Source: Bdellovibrionales bacterium (GTDB taxonomy: Bacteria; Bdellovibrionota; Bdellovibrionia; Bdellovibrionales; UBA1609). Taken from it: a stretch of DNA of 41,856 nt. The notes below the pieces were generated by a model. The model did not search any database and had not been told where the DNA came from. It saw only the letters and a list, made by a program, of their open reading frames with translations. Each line of letters opens with the position of its first letter. The first letter of the stretch is position 1. Below are positions 1 to 9,693 of this stretch, one piece after another. Position numbers and translations under genes: made by a program. The stretch spans positions 1 through 41,856 of the forward strand of contig DAHVQG010000018.1 in assembly GCA_027317865.1 (NCBI GenBank). Reading direction: 5' to 3'.

Positions 1-907
1 CAGCGTTTAAGATTGGCATTTCGAGCCCTAATAACTCGCCCTGAGTACGTATGGCTTGAACGTCCTTTGGGAAACAGCTGCCACCGAACCCCGGACCCGG
101 TTTAAGGTAAGTTATGATCTCCGGACTTACCCTCTCTTCGCCGCTCAGGATTGGTCGCCACCGCTTGTCTAAGGTAACCCCTTCGATGACGTCCAAATAG
201 TCGATGCCCCCGATGGCGGCGGCAAGGTTTGCAATTTCATTCGCGGCGGAAATCTGGAGAGCAAGAAGCGAATTGTTCGCGTACTTGATCATTTCGGCGG
301 TGCGCGTATTTACTTTCAGTTTGTCGACGTTCCAGGGCGCGTAGATTTGCTCGAGGACATCCAATGTCTTCTTGTCTTCATATCCCATAACAATACGGTC
401 AGGGTTGGCAAAGTCGTATATGGCATTGCCCTCGCGTAGAAATTCAGGATTCATCCCAAGCCCAAATTCCCCGAAGCGCTTGCCGGAGGCCGCTTCGACC
501 TCATTTTTCACCAAGGTGTCCGTTGTGGACGGGAGCACCGTGCTTTTAACGATTATGCTCAGGAATTTGTCTGTAGTCCTAAGGTAATCGCCGATCTCAC
601 GGGAGACTTGGCGCAAATAAGTAAGATCTATTTCCCCTTGTACCGTAGGCGTGCCGACGGCCACGATGACAGCTTCACATTCATCGAGCGCCGCCTCCAA
701 ATTGGTCGTGGCGGCAAACAATTTTTCTTCTATAACCGATCCCAGCAGATTTGGTAGGCCAACTTCGTGTATCGGGGGGATCTTGCCATTGATTCTTTTA
801 ACCTTTTCAGGATCAACATCAACACAGGTCACTGCGTGCCCTTTAGCAGCCAAGCAAACACCACTTACCAATCCGACATAGCCAGTGCCGACAATTGCTA
901 ACCTCAT
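1..907 (-). CDS. ugd: UDP-glucose/GDP-mannose dehydrogenase family protein (3' part runs off the window)
   Basis: Not in the ORF track (no stop in window). Manual translation from ATG at 907 gives MRLAIVGTGYVGLVSGVCLAAKGH (GxGxxG), later VGTPT, KSTVP, NPEFLREG, AEMIKYANN and GFGGSCFPKD. ATGA overlap with the upstream stop. Confidence 0.92.
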   Translation of the reverse strand, partial: MRLAIVGTGYVGLVSGVCLAAKGHAVTCVDVDPEKVKRINGKIPPIHEVGLPNLLGSVIEEKLFAATTNLEAALDECEAVIVAVGTPTVQGEIDLTYLRQVSREIGDYLRTTDKFLSIIVKSTVLPSTTDTLVKNEVEAASGKRFGEFGLGMNPEFLREGNAIYDFANPDRIVMGYEDKKTLDVLEQIYAPWNVDKLKVNTRTAEMIKYANNSLLALQISAANEIANLAAAIGGIDYLDVIEGVTLDKRWRPILSGEERVSPEIITYLKPGPGFGGSCFPKDVQAIRTQGELLGLEMPILNA

Positions 908-2001
908 TGCATGTAACCTTTCTCTTTTTCTTCAATAAGAAACGCGAGGAATCGTTCAATCCCCGCATCAACAGGAATTTCCGGTTCGTACTTAAGGAGC
1001 TTTCTCGCCTTCTTAATCGTGGGGCACCGCCGATTCGGGTTATGGGTCAAGTAATCCCTGTCGTCGGACTTACTGAAATTAACGCCGTGCGCGTATCCCG
1101 CTAGCTTCTCACCGGCTCGCTTGTATATGCTCGCTAATTCAACCACCGAAACCTCCGGAGTTTCAATGCCAATATTGAATGAATCATATTGCCCATGCAA
1201 AAGACACTTTAGATATCCCGCGATGGCATCGGCGACATAGCAAAACGTTCTGGTTGGCCTGCCTGACGACAGAATCTCTATCGGTTTATTATGCAGTATA
1301 CACTGTGCGAAGTCAGCCGGGACCCGTCGGTCATCAAGACGCATGCCGGGCCCGAAGTTGTTGAATGGCCTTGCGACCGTGATTGGCATGCCGTATTCCT
1401 TCGCAAAGAGGTAACACATTGTCTCGCCAAAGCGCTTGGACTCGTCGTAGCAAGCGCGTGGGCCCACGCACGCAACGTTGCCCCTGTACTCTTCCGGGGT
1501 AGGAATGTTTTGGTCATCTGGGTCGCCGTAAATCTCGCTACTTGAGAAAAATAAAAATCCTTTTAGGGCCTGGCCCTTATAAAAATCAAGCAAATGCCTC
1601 AGTCCCCAAATGTTCGCGTCCAAGGTTACAATAGGATATCGCCGATAAAATGTCGGCGAGGCAATGGAGGCCCCGTGGATTATATAAGACGCCTTGTTCG
1701 CATTAGGAACGGCGCCGATCTCGTCTTTCGAGACATCAAAACTTCGCACCGTTAAAAGCTCGGGGCGCTCCTTCTCTAATTGCTCGACCCATGGGGGCCT
1801 ACCAAGAATGAAGGTGTCAAGGCCAATTAGGCGCTCAATTCCCAGTCGCCTCGCATGCTGCACAAAGAAGTGCATAAAACTGAAGCCCAGAAAACCAGCA
1901 CATCCAGTAATCAAAACAGTAGCGCCCGCAAATTTTGTGGTTTCGTCTTTTGATAGCTTGGATAATATGTAGTCCAGGTCCTGCCGCAACACCGAGTTCA
2001 T
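904..2001 (-). CDS. NAD-dependent epimerase/dehydratase, UDP-glucuronate decarboxylase (Uxs)-like SDR
   Basis: TGCAGFLG Rossmann motif, ASIASP, SSSEIYGDP, GPRACYDESKR (YxxxK), RTFCYVAD and RRCP motifs typical of Uxs-like enzymes. Confidence 0.88.
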   Translation of the reverse strand: MNSVLRQDLDYILSKLSKDETTKFAGATVLITGCAGFLGFSFMHFFVQHARRLGIERLIGLDTFILGRPPWVEQLEKERPELLTVRSFDVSKDEIGAVPNANKASYIIHGASIASPTFYRRYPIVTLDANIWGLRHLLDFYKGQALKGFLFFSSSEIYGDPDDQNIPTPEEYRGNVACVGPRACYDESKRFGETMCYLFAKEYGMPITVARPFNNFGPGMRLDDRRVPADFAQCILHNKPIEILSSGRPTRTFCYVADAIAGYLKCLLHGQYDSFNIGIETPEVSVVELASIYKRAGEKLAGYAHGVNFSKSDDRDYLTHNPNRRCPTIKKARKLLKYEPEIPVDAGIERFLAFLIEEKEKGYMQ

Positions 2002-2828
2002 AATATGTTAAACCTCGTGCCTTCTCCCGTCTGGTTTTCGCTCAACCATGGCGCACAACCCTCGCAATAGAGCTTTTCTAGCCTCTCGCGATCACGTTGT
2101 GTGTCCATGCACGCCCAAAAGTCATTGTGGCGAAATATTTTTAGCTCCCCGTCATGAGCCAAATTTGCTAACGGGGCTCTCTCCAGGACCAGCCCGTGTT
2201 CTTCGTTCAAGTACGTGAGAAATTTCCGTCGGAAGAAGAAAAACCCCCCGTTAATCCACATTGAGCTCTTTTGAGGTTTTTCCGAAAATTCCACCACAAG
2301 ATCGTTGGTCAGTTTGAATTCCCCAAATCTAGAGGGCGGGACAATACCCAGTACGGTCCCAATTTTCCCATGATCTCTGTGGTACGCAAACTCATCGGCC
2401 AGATTGGCGCTCGTCACCCCGTCGCCATATGTCACGGCGAAGTGCTCAGAGTCGCCCAGGTACTTTCTCGCGGCGATGGCGACTCGGGCGCCAGTCATTG
2501 TGTTTACGCCCGTGTCAGCGATGGTAACCTCCCAATCGTCGTTGTGGTCCGTTGAGTGTACCTCTAGGCGGTGAGTTTTAAGGTTTACAGTAAAGTCACT
2601 GTTCAAATTGTCGTAGTTCAAAAAATATGCCTTGATGACCTGGGACTTAAACCCTGCGCATATGATAAATCTCTTAAATCCGTGGAGGCTGTACTTCTTC
2701 ATGATATGCCAAAGAATAGGGTGCTCCCCTACCGGGACCATAGGCTTCGGCCTGAGCTGGGTCTCTTCTTTGATGCGCGTCCCCAGCCCACCGGCCAAAA
2801 TGAACACCGGCACATTGGTAATTTCCAT
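1998..2828 (-). CDS. rfbF: Glucose-1-phosphate cytidylyltransferase-like nucleotidyltransferase
   Basis: ILAGGLGTRIKEET, PKPMV, DTGVNTMTGAR, TYGDG, WINGGFF, WACMDT and APW motifs. Start placed at ATG 2828 (MEITNVPV) rather than 2918. Confidence 0.88.
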   Translation of the reverse strand: MEITNVPVFILAGGLGTRIKEETQLRPKPMVPVGEHPILWHIMKKYSLHGFKRFIICAGFKSQVIKAYFLNYDNLNSDFTVNLKTHRLEVHSTDHNDDWEVTIADTGVNTMTGARVAIAARKYLGDSEHFAVTYGDGVTSANLADEFAYHRDHGKIGTVLGIVPPSRFGEFKLTNDLVVEFSEKPQKSSMWINGGFFFFRRKFLTYLNEEHGLVLERAPLANLAHDGELKIFRHNDFWACMDTQRDRERLEKLYCEGCAPWLSENQTGEGTRFNIL

Positions 2829-3112
2829 GCTCGCCTGCCCTCCGCAATCAGGTTTCAATAGCGTATTTAGTCGTTCATGTACAGGTCTATCAACGTGATT
2901 TTTTTGGCACCGCGCCAACTGTTTAACGGTGCGATTTCGGGTTTTGGCGCGTACCGCCGCCAGGGCCCGTTGGTATCAATGCTTAGTCGGCGACCTCGGC
3001 TTCGGCCAATCTCTCGAGGCTTGCCAATGGATGTCTCCGCTCCCGACAAATGCTGGCACTTACGGCTTTTCGGCAAGCGTTTGCTGATTAATTAGGAATA
3101 GTCGGCAAATAC

Positions 3113-3994
3113 TTACCGGCCCGGCCGAGGCATCGCATTGCCCCCGCTAGCGGAGAAGATCGATCGAAACGCGGTCACAGATTTTCGCAGAGGTGCAGTG
3201 AACCGCCAGCAGCGCGAACCATAGATTTGGCTTAGCTCCCGCTCCAGATTCCTCTGTTGACCGGTAAGGTCGTCGACGCGCCTAAGGAGGTAGGATCTGT
3301 GCCCAAGGATCGCGAAATAGTCCATTGTAGTCTGCCGCTCAAATGCGCCGAGATTTAAAAAATTTAAAAACGGCTCTGGCAAGTTTTTCCCGACTCCGAG
3401 CACTCCCAGGCCGTGGCTGTGCTTAAATTCAAAGTTTGGGTATTTTTTGCTAATCTCGCTCCAAAACCGCCACACGCCAAAGTTGCGATCTCGAACATTG
3501 GTATCGTGAAAGAGCACAACGCCCTGCGGGCTAATTTTTGGCGACCACGTCTCAAAGTCGTGTTTGACGGCATCATATGTGTGTAATCCATCAATGTGTA
3601 GCAGATCAACAGTCTCGGCCTCGAATTGATTAACCGCCTCATCAAATTTAGCCTGTATCAGTTGCGAAAATTTCGAATATTCCTGATCGTGGACCAAACG
3701 CAATGATTTTAAAACCGATGCGTCGTACAGACCCGAGTGCTCGTCGCCCGCCCACGTGTCAATCGCGAAGCAGGCCGTTGACAGGCCCAAATGTTTAACC
3801 GCCTGGCAGAAAGCGAGATAAGAGTCGCCCTTATGTGTACCAAGCTCAACAAAAGTGCTCGGCCTCAATTGTAGCGTCGCCCAGAACGCAAATGGTATGT
3901 GCCCATGCCAAGGATCTACATCGGAAAGATATCGCGGCGATTGCAGTACGAGCGGCGACAGAAAACTTGCCGCAAGCGCATGATCTGAAAACAT
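3113..3994 (-). CDS. Class I SAM-dependent methyltransferase (Methyltransf_24-like), polysaccharide-associated
   Basis: FVELGTHKGDS, AIDTWAGD, LLHIDGLHTYDAV and LFHDT motifs; C-terminal coiled segment plus S-x-x-W-R-x-T-A-P-L-R tail seen in glycan-cluster proteins. Confidence 0.85.
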   Translation of the reverse strand: MFSDHALAASFLSPLVLQSPRYLSDVDPWHGHIPFAFWATLQLRPSTFVELGTHKGDSYLAFCQAVKHLGLSTACFAIDTWAGDEHSGLYDASVLKSLRLVHDQEYSKFSQLIQAKFDEAVNQFEAETVDLLHIDGLHTYDAVKHDFETWSPKISPQGVVLFHDTNVRDRNFGVWRFWSEISKKYPNFEFKHSHGLGVLGVGKNLPEPFLNFLNLGAFERQTTMDYFAILGHRSYLLRRVDDLTGQQRNLERELSQIYGSRCWRFTAPLRKSVTAFRSIFSASGGNAMPRPGR

Positions 3995-4476
3995 AACTTC
4001 ACTCCCAGCAGTTTGATTTTGGCTTTCTTAATGCCACCGGCCCGGATTGTAGTTCACGCACAGCACTGGACGCAAGAGCGCATTAGATATGCTGCCTCGA
4101 CGAAGGCCGAGCCGCGAGAGCCCTCGAGCCCACTTGGCTTACGTGCGCGGTCACTATATTTCACCTGTTCGAGTATTGGCCGGCAATCTGCGGGGCGCCA
4201 AGTCTCCCTGCGTCCGCCTTTTGGGGACGGCCGCTCAGTAAATGGCGGCTGTTTTGCCCGCCCGCTAAATGCTATGCTTCACCCTGTGGACGCCGTCGGA
4301 CCTGCCAAGTTGTATTTTAGGTGATTGGTTTTTTGGGTATGGAGGTAAACCGACGACATACGAGGCAAAAAGGTCATCGATTGGGACGCGGCGACACTAT
4401 GGGGCATGCGCCGGCGCCTGGCTAACCCATACGATAACTGTTTACAGCCATTCGCAACTTCAACTAAACGTAACCC

Positions 4477-5331
4477 ATGAACGAATTCATCTCCATCCTA
4501 ACCGAAGCCGCTAGCGACGGTTCAGTGTCATCAGGAATGCCTGGTCGGCCGCCGTCGACACAGGCCGGTTCGCAATCAAATTTTAAAGAGATCTTTCAAA
4601 ACGCTAAACCGTACAACCATGTTGTTATCGACCATTTTTTTGAGGACGGTACCGCTCGGGCACTCGTCGAAGACTTCCCAGATTTTAATTCGCCGCTTTG
4701 GTATAGTTATGACAATGCCATTGAAAAAAAGCGGGCCATGAATAATTGGGATCGCTTCCCGAAAACAACATACAAAGTTTTTACGTATTTGAACTCACCC
4801 GAATTTGTTCGAACTCTTGAAGAATGGACAGGCATCGAGCGGCTTTACCCTGATATCGGCCTTCACGGCGGCGGTTGGCACGCGCACGGTCGCGGAGGCA
4901 AACTGAACGTTCACCTCGACTATTCGATTCATCCGAAACTTCAGCTAGAGCGTCGCTTTAATTTAATTGTTTATCTAACCCCCGGTTGGCAACCCGCTTG
5001 GGGCGGTGGTCTTCAACTATGGAGCCACAATGAGGCTAACAATAGCCCGAAAGAATGCGTAAAAGTTGTAAATAACGTTTTTAATCGCGCCGTTCTTTTT
5101 GATACCACTCAAAATAGTTGGCATGGATTGCCGGATGCCATCGCCTGCCCAGAAGGCGAAATTCGCCGCTCAATAGCTGTTTACTATTTATCGGAACCAA
5201 AAGAAAATGCGGCAAAACGCGGCAAAGCACTCTTTGCCCCTCACGAAGATCAAAAAAATGACCCTTCAGTTTTGGATTTAATTCGCAAACGCTCTTCAGT
5301 TACTACGGCCGACGAAGTTTACCGAAAGTGA
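4477..5331 (+). CDS. 2OG-Fe(II) oxygenase family protein
   Basis: PYNHVVIDHFF, LHGGG, HLD (HxD), WGGGLQLW, FNRAVLF, SWHG and RRSIAVYY (distal His and Arg). Confidence 0.85.
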   Translation: MNEFISILTEAASDGSVSSGMPGRPPSTQAGSQSNFKEIFQNAKPYNHVVIDHFFEDGTARALVEDFPDFNSPLWYSYDNAIEKKRAMNNWDRFPKTTYKVFTYLNSPEFVRTLEEWTGIERLYPDIGLHGGGWHAHGRGGKLNVHLDYSIHPKLQLERRFNLIVYLTPGWQPAWGGGLQLWSHNEANNSPKECVKVVNNVFNRAVLFDTTQNSWHGLPDAIACPEGEIRRSIAVYYLSEPKENAAKRGKALFAPHEDQKNDPSVLDLIRKRSSVTTADEVYRK

Positions 5332-5376
5332 CTGTGGGCCGCCCCACAAATCCGCCATCGACGCCTGTTCGCCAGC

Positions 5377-6330
5377 TCACTTTTGCCAGTATTGCACGCG
5401 GGCGCGCACGATTTTCATCTGCGCGTTGTATTCGGCCTCATGCTTTTTCATGCGCGCGAGATCAGCGGCCGGGTTACCCAAAATGTCGCCGGGTTTGTTA
5501 AATGAAAGATCGTTGGCCGCCTCCATTTGAATTTCGTTCCAGATCGTGGGGGCCATCGACGGGTTCATTGTAAACTGAATTTGGTTGCCCATGCCGTCGT
5601 AGTTTTTCTCAAGAAAATTCACGCTAAATTGCAGCCGCTTCACATAAGGCAGTCTTGCAACGCGATCAACCGCGCTCGCGTAGGTAACGGCATGCTTGAA
5701 CGCACCAACCGTTTGAAACTGTTGATAGACGGGGTCATTTGATAACATGTCGTTTATGAAAAATGCCCGCAAGGCGAGGATGGTAAATGCGTCACCCTCG
5801 TATTGGCCGCCATTTATAATTTGGTCTTGAATGAGTTGCGTAACTGTCGACTCGGGTAAATTGGCAGCAACGGTCATGAGCGCCGACAACCGGCCAAATT
5901 TAATGGTGTCGATCTTGTGCATTTGGCTCTGGGTCGGCGGGATTGGGTTGCCGCTTGCATCCACCTGTTGTTCGGGCTGCAAGGTATTGATCTCAATTAA
6001 CCAAAGATGGGCAATCGGCGCCAGTTGTTGAGCTGTTACAACACTGGCAAACATCGCGCCCCAGGGCATGAGTTTATACGGAAATGGGCTTAGCTCGCTG
6101 TAATTACTGTAACTCATCAACTGCGGGAGCGATTTAATCTCCTCCGTACCCGACACCAATTGATTCATATCACTGCTCATGCCCATGAGTTTGCTATTGG
6201 TCTCGGATAATTTGCTGTTCATTTTTGGAATCGCGTAGATCATGTCTTTTACCGCGCAACTCGATAGCGCGCCGGCAAAAACGACGCCGCACGATAGCAC
6301 TACAAATAATTTACCCCATCGCAAACTCAT
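5377..6330 (-). CDS. Hypothetical lipoprotein
   Basis: 317 aa ORF; signal peptide with lipobox LSSC; GAGG RBS upstream; no recognised domain. Confidence 0.7.
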   Translation of the reverse strand: MSLRWGKLFVVLSCGVVFAGALSSCAVKDMIYAIPKMNSKLSETNSKLMGMSSDMNQLVSGTEEIKSLPQLMSYSNYSELSPFPYKLMPWGAMFASVVTAQQLAPIAHLWLIEINTLQPEQQVDASGNPIPPTQSQMHKIDTIKFGRLSALMTVAANLPESTVTQLIQDQIINGGQYEGDAFTILALRAFFINDMLSNDPVYQQFQTVGAFKHAVTYASAVDRVARLPYVKRLQFSVNFLEKNYDGMGNQIQFTMNPSMAPTIWNEIQMEAANDLSFNKPGDILGNPAADLARMKKHEAEYNAQMKIVRARVQYWQK

Positions 6331-6349
6331 ATGAACCTCGCCGTGAGAA

Positions 6350-7009
6350 TTAAGGTGCGGGCTTCCAGTTCAGCCATTGGTTTTTAAGCTTGGCAATTTC
6401 ATAGTCAGCCGGTTGCCCAAGCCAAACGGAATAAATGGCGTGTAAAAATCCAGGCCCGCCAGTGACGTGCCCAACGTAGCCCGCTCCATTGTCATAGGTT
6501 AAAACTCGCTGGCCGTTGGGTTCGCGAACCATAAGTAAGGTCACGGTTTGATTTTTGCCCGCACTGCCCGCGGCGCTGACGACATTTAAAAATGCAGAAA
6601 TCGATTTATTTTTCATGTCGACGTGGTTGGCCACAAACGCGTCTTGAAAGGCTTTGTATATGTCGCTTTCGGGTACCCAAAAATAGACAAACGACATCGT
6701 GATCGCACCGACTTTAACGTTGTCTGACGAGGTAAGAAAGCCCGAATTGGTTTTCACGATAACGCTCGGGTTATCGACCATTAACTGCCCGACATAAATG
6801 TTATCTTCGCTAAAAAACGGTTTGTCTTGGCGAATGCCGGCGGCAACCGTTGTCAGTTTCACGGGTTGTTTGTTCACCATTGTCATCGCGCTTTTTGCAA
6901 TGGTCACCCCAGCCAATTTTTGCGAACTTGGCGTCGTGGTTAATAATTGCGCTTTGGCCTGAGCCTGAAACGCAAACGCAGTGGCAATTGCAAGTAATAG
7001 AGCTTTCAT
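6350..7009 (-). CDS. Secreted chalcone-isomerase-like fold protein
   Basis: Signal peptide (AQA); C-terminal GFLHAIYSVWLGQPAD..LKNQWL resembles bacterial Chalcone_3 proteins; GAGGAGG RBS. Confidence 0.65.
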   Translation of the reverse strand: MKALLLAIATAFAFQAQAKAQLLTTTPSSQKLAGVTIAKSAMTMVNKQPVKLTTVAAGIRQDKPFFSEDNIYVGQLMVDNPSVIVKTNSGFLTSSDNVKVGAITMSFVYFWVPESDIYKAFQDAFVANHVDMKNKSISAFLNVVSAAGSAGKNQTVTLLMVREPNGQRVLTYDNGAGYVGHVTGGPGFLHAIYSVWLGQPADYEIAKLKNQWLNWKPAP

Positions 7010-7075
7010 AATTCACCCTCCTCAAGTGGCTTATTTCTAGTTGAATAGTCACTAGTTTGTCACTGATATAAACGC

Positions 7076-7114
7076 AAAAAAAAGCCGCGGGAGCAAACCA
7101 ACGCTCACCGCGGC
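7076..7114 (-). terminator. Rho-independent terminator
   Basis: Minus strand GCCGCGG-T-GAGC-loop-GCTC-CCGCGGC followed by T8, just after the stop of 7148..7642. Confidence 0.85.
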
Positions 7115-7147
7115 CCAAGAAGAGAATCCCCCTGGCGTCTAGTCGAT

Positions 7148-7642
7148 CTAAAACGCAGCTCGTTTTAGATATCGCTTACACGAAGTCTCACTGTAGATAT
7201 GGCGACCGTTTCGAGAAACGAGCTCCACCACTCCCATAACTTCGCCCCCGTTTGCGATTCGACTTTTGTTGTAATTAAAATAGATGTGCAGCTGTACAGC
7301 AGCTAAGTTTGTCATGGGGTCACTCAAAACAAACACATGCTTATGAATGCTGTTCGAGTTGAAATCAACCCGGCCCACATACGTGCGATATTCGCCTCGG
7401 TGTGAAATAGCTTGAAGTGTACCATCCGCTGAAGAAAAAACGGCTAGCGTGCGATATCCTCTCGGCAAACTGGGATTTGATACGATCATGACCGCAGGAT
7501 TGCGGGTGCCGTATGCGCTCTGAACATGATCGAACACTTTTACCGAGAGATTCCCGTCAGTTGAACGACAGATGAACCCATCAGCTCGACTCACCGATGC
7601 AAATGCCAACGTCACCAGCATTGTTACAATCGAAATTTTCAT
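7148..7642 (-). CDS. Hypothetical secreted protein
   Basis: Signal peptide (SRA|DGF), AAGGAGG RBS, Cys near each end of the mature chain, own terminator. Confidence 0.75.
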   Translation of the reverse strand: MKISIVTMLVTLAFASVSRADGFICRSTDGNLSVKVFDHVQSAYGTRNPAVMIVSNPSLPRGYRTLAVFSSADGTLQAISHRGEYRTYVGRVDFNSNSIHKHVFVLSDPMTNLAAVQLHIYFNYNKSRIANGGEVMGVVELVSRNGRHIYSETSCKRYLKRAAF

Positions 7643-7990
7643 TATAAAGCCTCCTTACTTACATTTAGTTGCAAGCTCTTTGCTGCAATTCGTTTGCGCC
7701 AACCAAACTCGGTTTACTTGACCAAAGCCCAGCTCAGCCTCGGGTCTGTTTTTAACTAAGAGTTCATTATCTGTAAAATGAAAGATAAGATACTTATTAT
7801 GCTTGTACTGAATGATGGTTTGGCGGCCGCTTTTGTGCCGCATGCGGGCTAACCGACCCGTTGAAGAAGCTTTAAGTCTTCAGTGTTGAAGTATGAGTAA
7901 CAACTGATTATCAAATTTCACCCTAACTTGCGCGGCCGTGGCCGCTTTGCTAGAAAATTCCGAGGGTCATCAAAAGTCAGGGGACATCTT

Positions 7991-9514
7991 ATGGTTTTTC
8001 TTTTCGTTTGCCTTATCTTAGCGGTCGTCGTCTGGCTTTATTTCAAATTTAATCCCCTTAAGCACGGTTCGTGGTTCATGATGCGGAGATTTATCAATTG
8101 GTTTCCGCTGGGTATGTCGTACGCCTTTTTATATTTAGCCCGCTTCAACGTCATCGCCTCTCAACAGCCTCTATCGATGAGCAATAAAGACTTCGGGTTT
8201 ATTTTCGGCGGCGGCTCACTGGTCTATGCTTTATCGCTTTTATTTTTTGTCGGTTTTGTCGTCGATCGAATCGGCGGACGAAAAGGCATTATGATTTCAA
8301 CGTTCGGCACGGGCATTACTGAAGCGATACTCGGTTACATCTGTTATCTGTGGCTCGTGGATAAGCCCGCGGCCGACATGACTTTATATTTTGGAATTGC
8401 CTACGCCGTGAACATGTTCTTTCAAAGTTTCGGAGCCGTCTCGATCATCAAAGTGAAAGCCTATTGGTTTCACGTGCGCGAGCGCGGCGTATTCGGCGCG
8501 ATTTTTGGTACCCTCATTTCTCTAGGAGTTTATCTCGGCTTTGACTGGAACTCATCCATAGTCAGAGCGGCTGAAGTTCAGCCCAAAAACCCGACCTTTT
8601 TGCACTCGGTGTTTGTCTCGCTCTTTCACGTTCAGGCCGGGCACGTGACCGCCGTCTGGCTCGTTTATTTTCTGCCGGCGGCATTTCTAATCGGTTGGGG
8701 GATTATCGATTACTTTCTTATTAAAGACTTGCCATCCGAAACAGGCCTTGAAGATTTTGACACCGCCGATGCCTCATCAGGCGAAATGCATAAAGAGTTT
8801 ACTGTTGGCGATTTAGTAAAACGCGTGTTTTTAAACCCAATTATGTTGATGATTGGACTTGCCGAACTTTTTGAAGGCTTCGTGCGAAACTCGATTGTTC
8901 AATGGTACAAACCGTTTATCGAGCAAATGCATTTGATCGCGGATGCGCAATTTTATTACCACCATTTGGGATTTTTACTCATGCTCTCGGGGATCATCGG
9001 TGGTTTTGCGGGCGGCTATATTTCTGATAAATACTATCAGTCGCGGCGCTTTCCGCCGACGGCAATGGCCTTTGCGCTGGCCATTTTTTCGCTCATCGTT
9101 ATGGCCGTTTATCTTTTCAAAGATCAGCCCCTTGTCGGCGCCTGTGTCGTTGCCATCAATTTATTTACCATTGCCGTGACCGCATTGATGTCGGGGACAG
9201 CCGCGTCTGATTTTGGCGGTCGAAAAGCCACGGCAACGGCTGCTGGCGTGACCGACGCTTTTGTTTATTTCGGTGGTGCGATTGAGTCTTTTTGTATACC
9301 TGTCGTTATCAAGCACAGTTGGGTTTATTGGCCGCTATTTTTAATTCCGTTTGCGATATTTGGATTGATCATTTCTATAAAAATGTTGAACTACCTGCCC
9401 GAAGCCACCCGCCGTTATATTTTAACGGTCGAAAAAATAAGTATCGGCGGGCCCGGAGGTAGCGCCGAAATGACTACGGCATCGCTCAAGGTCGATGACG
9501 TGACCACGCCCTAA
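7991..9514 (+). CDS. MFS transporter, GlpT/UhpT (organophosphate:Pi antiporter)-like
   Basis: About 12-13 hydrophobic segments; YLARFN, DRIGGRK, WFHVRERG, GYISDK and DFGGRKATATAAG motifs. Start taken at ATG 7991. Confidence 0.82.
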   Translation: MVFLFVCLILAVVVWLYFKFNPLKHGSWFMMRRFINWFPLGMSYAFLYLARFNVIASQQPLSMSNKDFGFIFGGGSLVYALSLLFFVGFVVDRIGGRKGIMISTFGTGITEAILGYICYLWLVDKPAADMTLYFGIAYAVNMFFQSFGAVSIIKVKAYWFHVRERGVFGAIFGTLISLGVYLGFDWNSSIVRAAEVQPKNPTFLHSVFVSLFHVQAGHVTAVWLVYFLPAAFLIGWGIIDYFLIKDLPSETGLEDFDTADASSGEMHKEFTVGDLVKRVFLNPIMLMIGLAELFEGFVRNSIVQWYKPFIEQMHLIADAQFYYHHLGFLLMLSGIIGGFAGGYISDKYYQSRRFPPTAMAFALAIFSLIVMAVYLFKDQPLVGACVVAINLFTIAVTALMSGTAASDFGGRKATATAAGVTDAFVYFGGAIESFCIPVVIKHSWVYWPLFLIPFAIFGLIISIKMLNYLPEATRRYILTVEKISIGGPGGSAEMTTASLKVDDVTTP

Positions 9515-9633
9515 CTGACTCATTCTTAATTTTAACAGCGCAATTTTTGTTCACCTGCTGCCGATAATCGTCACCAAAAATCGAAATGGTTGCCGTTTAA
9601 CCTCCACGATTTGCACATAATTCATTTAGCCCG

Positions 9634-9649
9634 TGGCATGACGACTGCA
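9634..9649 (+). promoter_or_regulatory. Sigma54-like -24/-12 promoter
   Basis: TGGCAT-GACGA-CTGCA (GG-N10-GC), about 45 bp before the ATG at 9694. Confidence 0.45.
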
Positions 9650-9693
9650 CATGCTGTTTGCGGATCGAACCACATATTGTGAAAGGAACGTGT

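Noticed and set aside
2829-2918. Longer start for rfbF in the ORF track
   Set aside because: The nucleotidyltransferase motif begins just after ATG 2828; the extension has no family resemblance
4013-4514. Short + strand ORFs 4013..4324 and 4269..4514
   Set aside because: No RBS, motif or protein-like composition; treated as intergenic
7655-7930. Possible riboswitch or sigma54 promoter in the divergent spacer
   Set aside because: No recognisable aptamer core; TGGCGC...TTGC has GG-N12-GC spacing rather than N10
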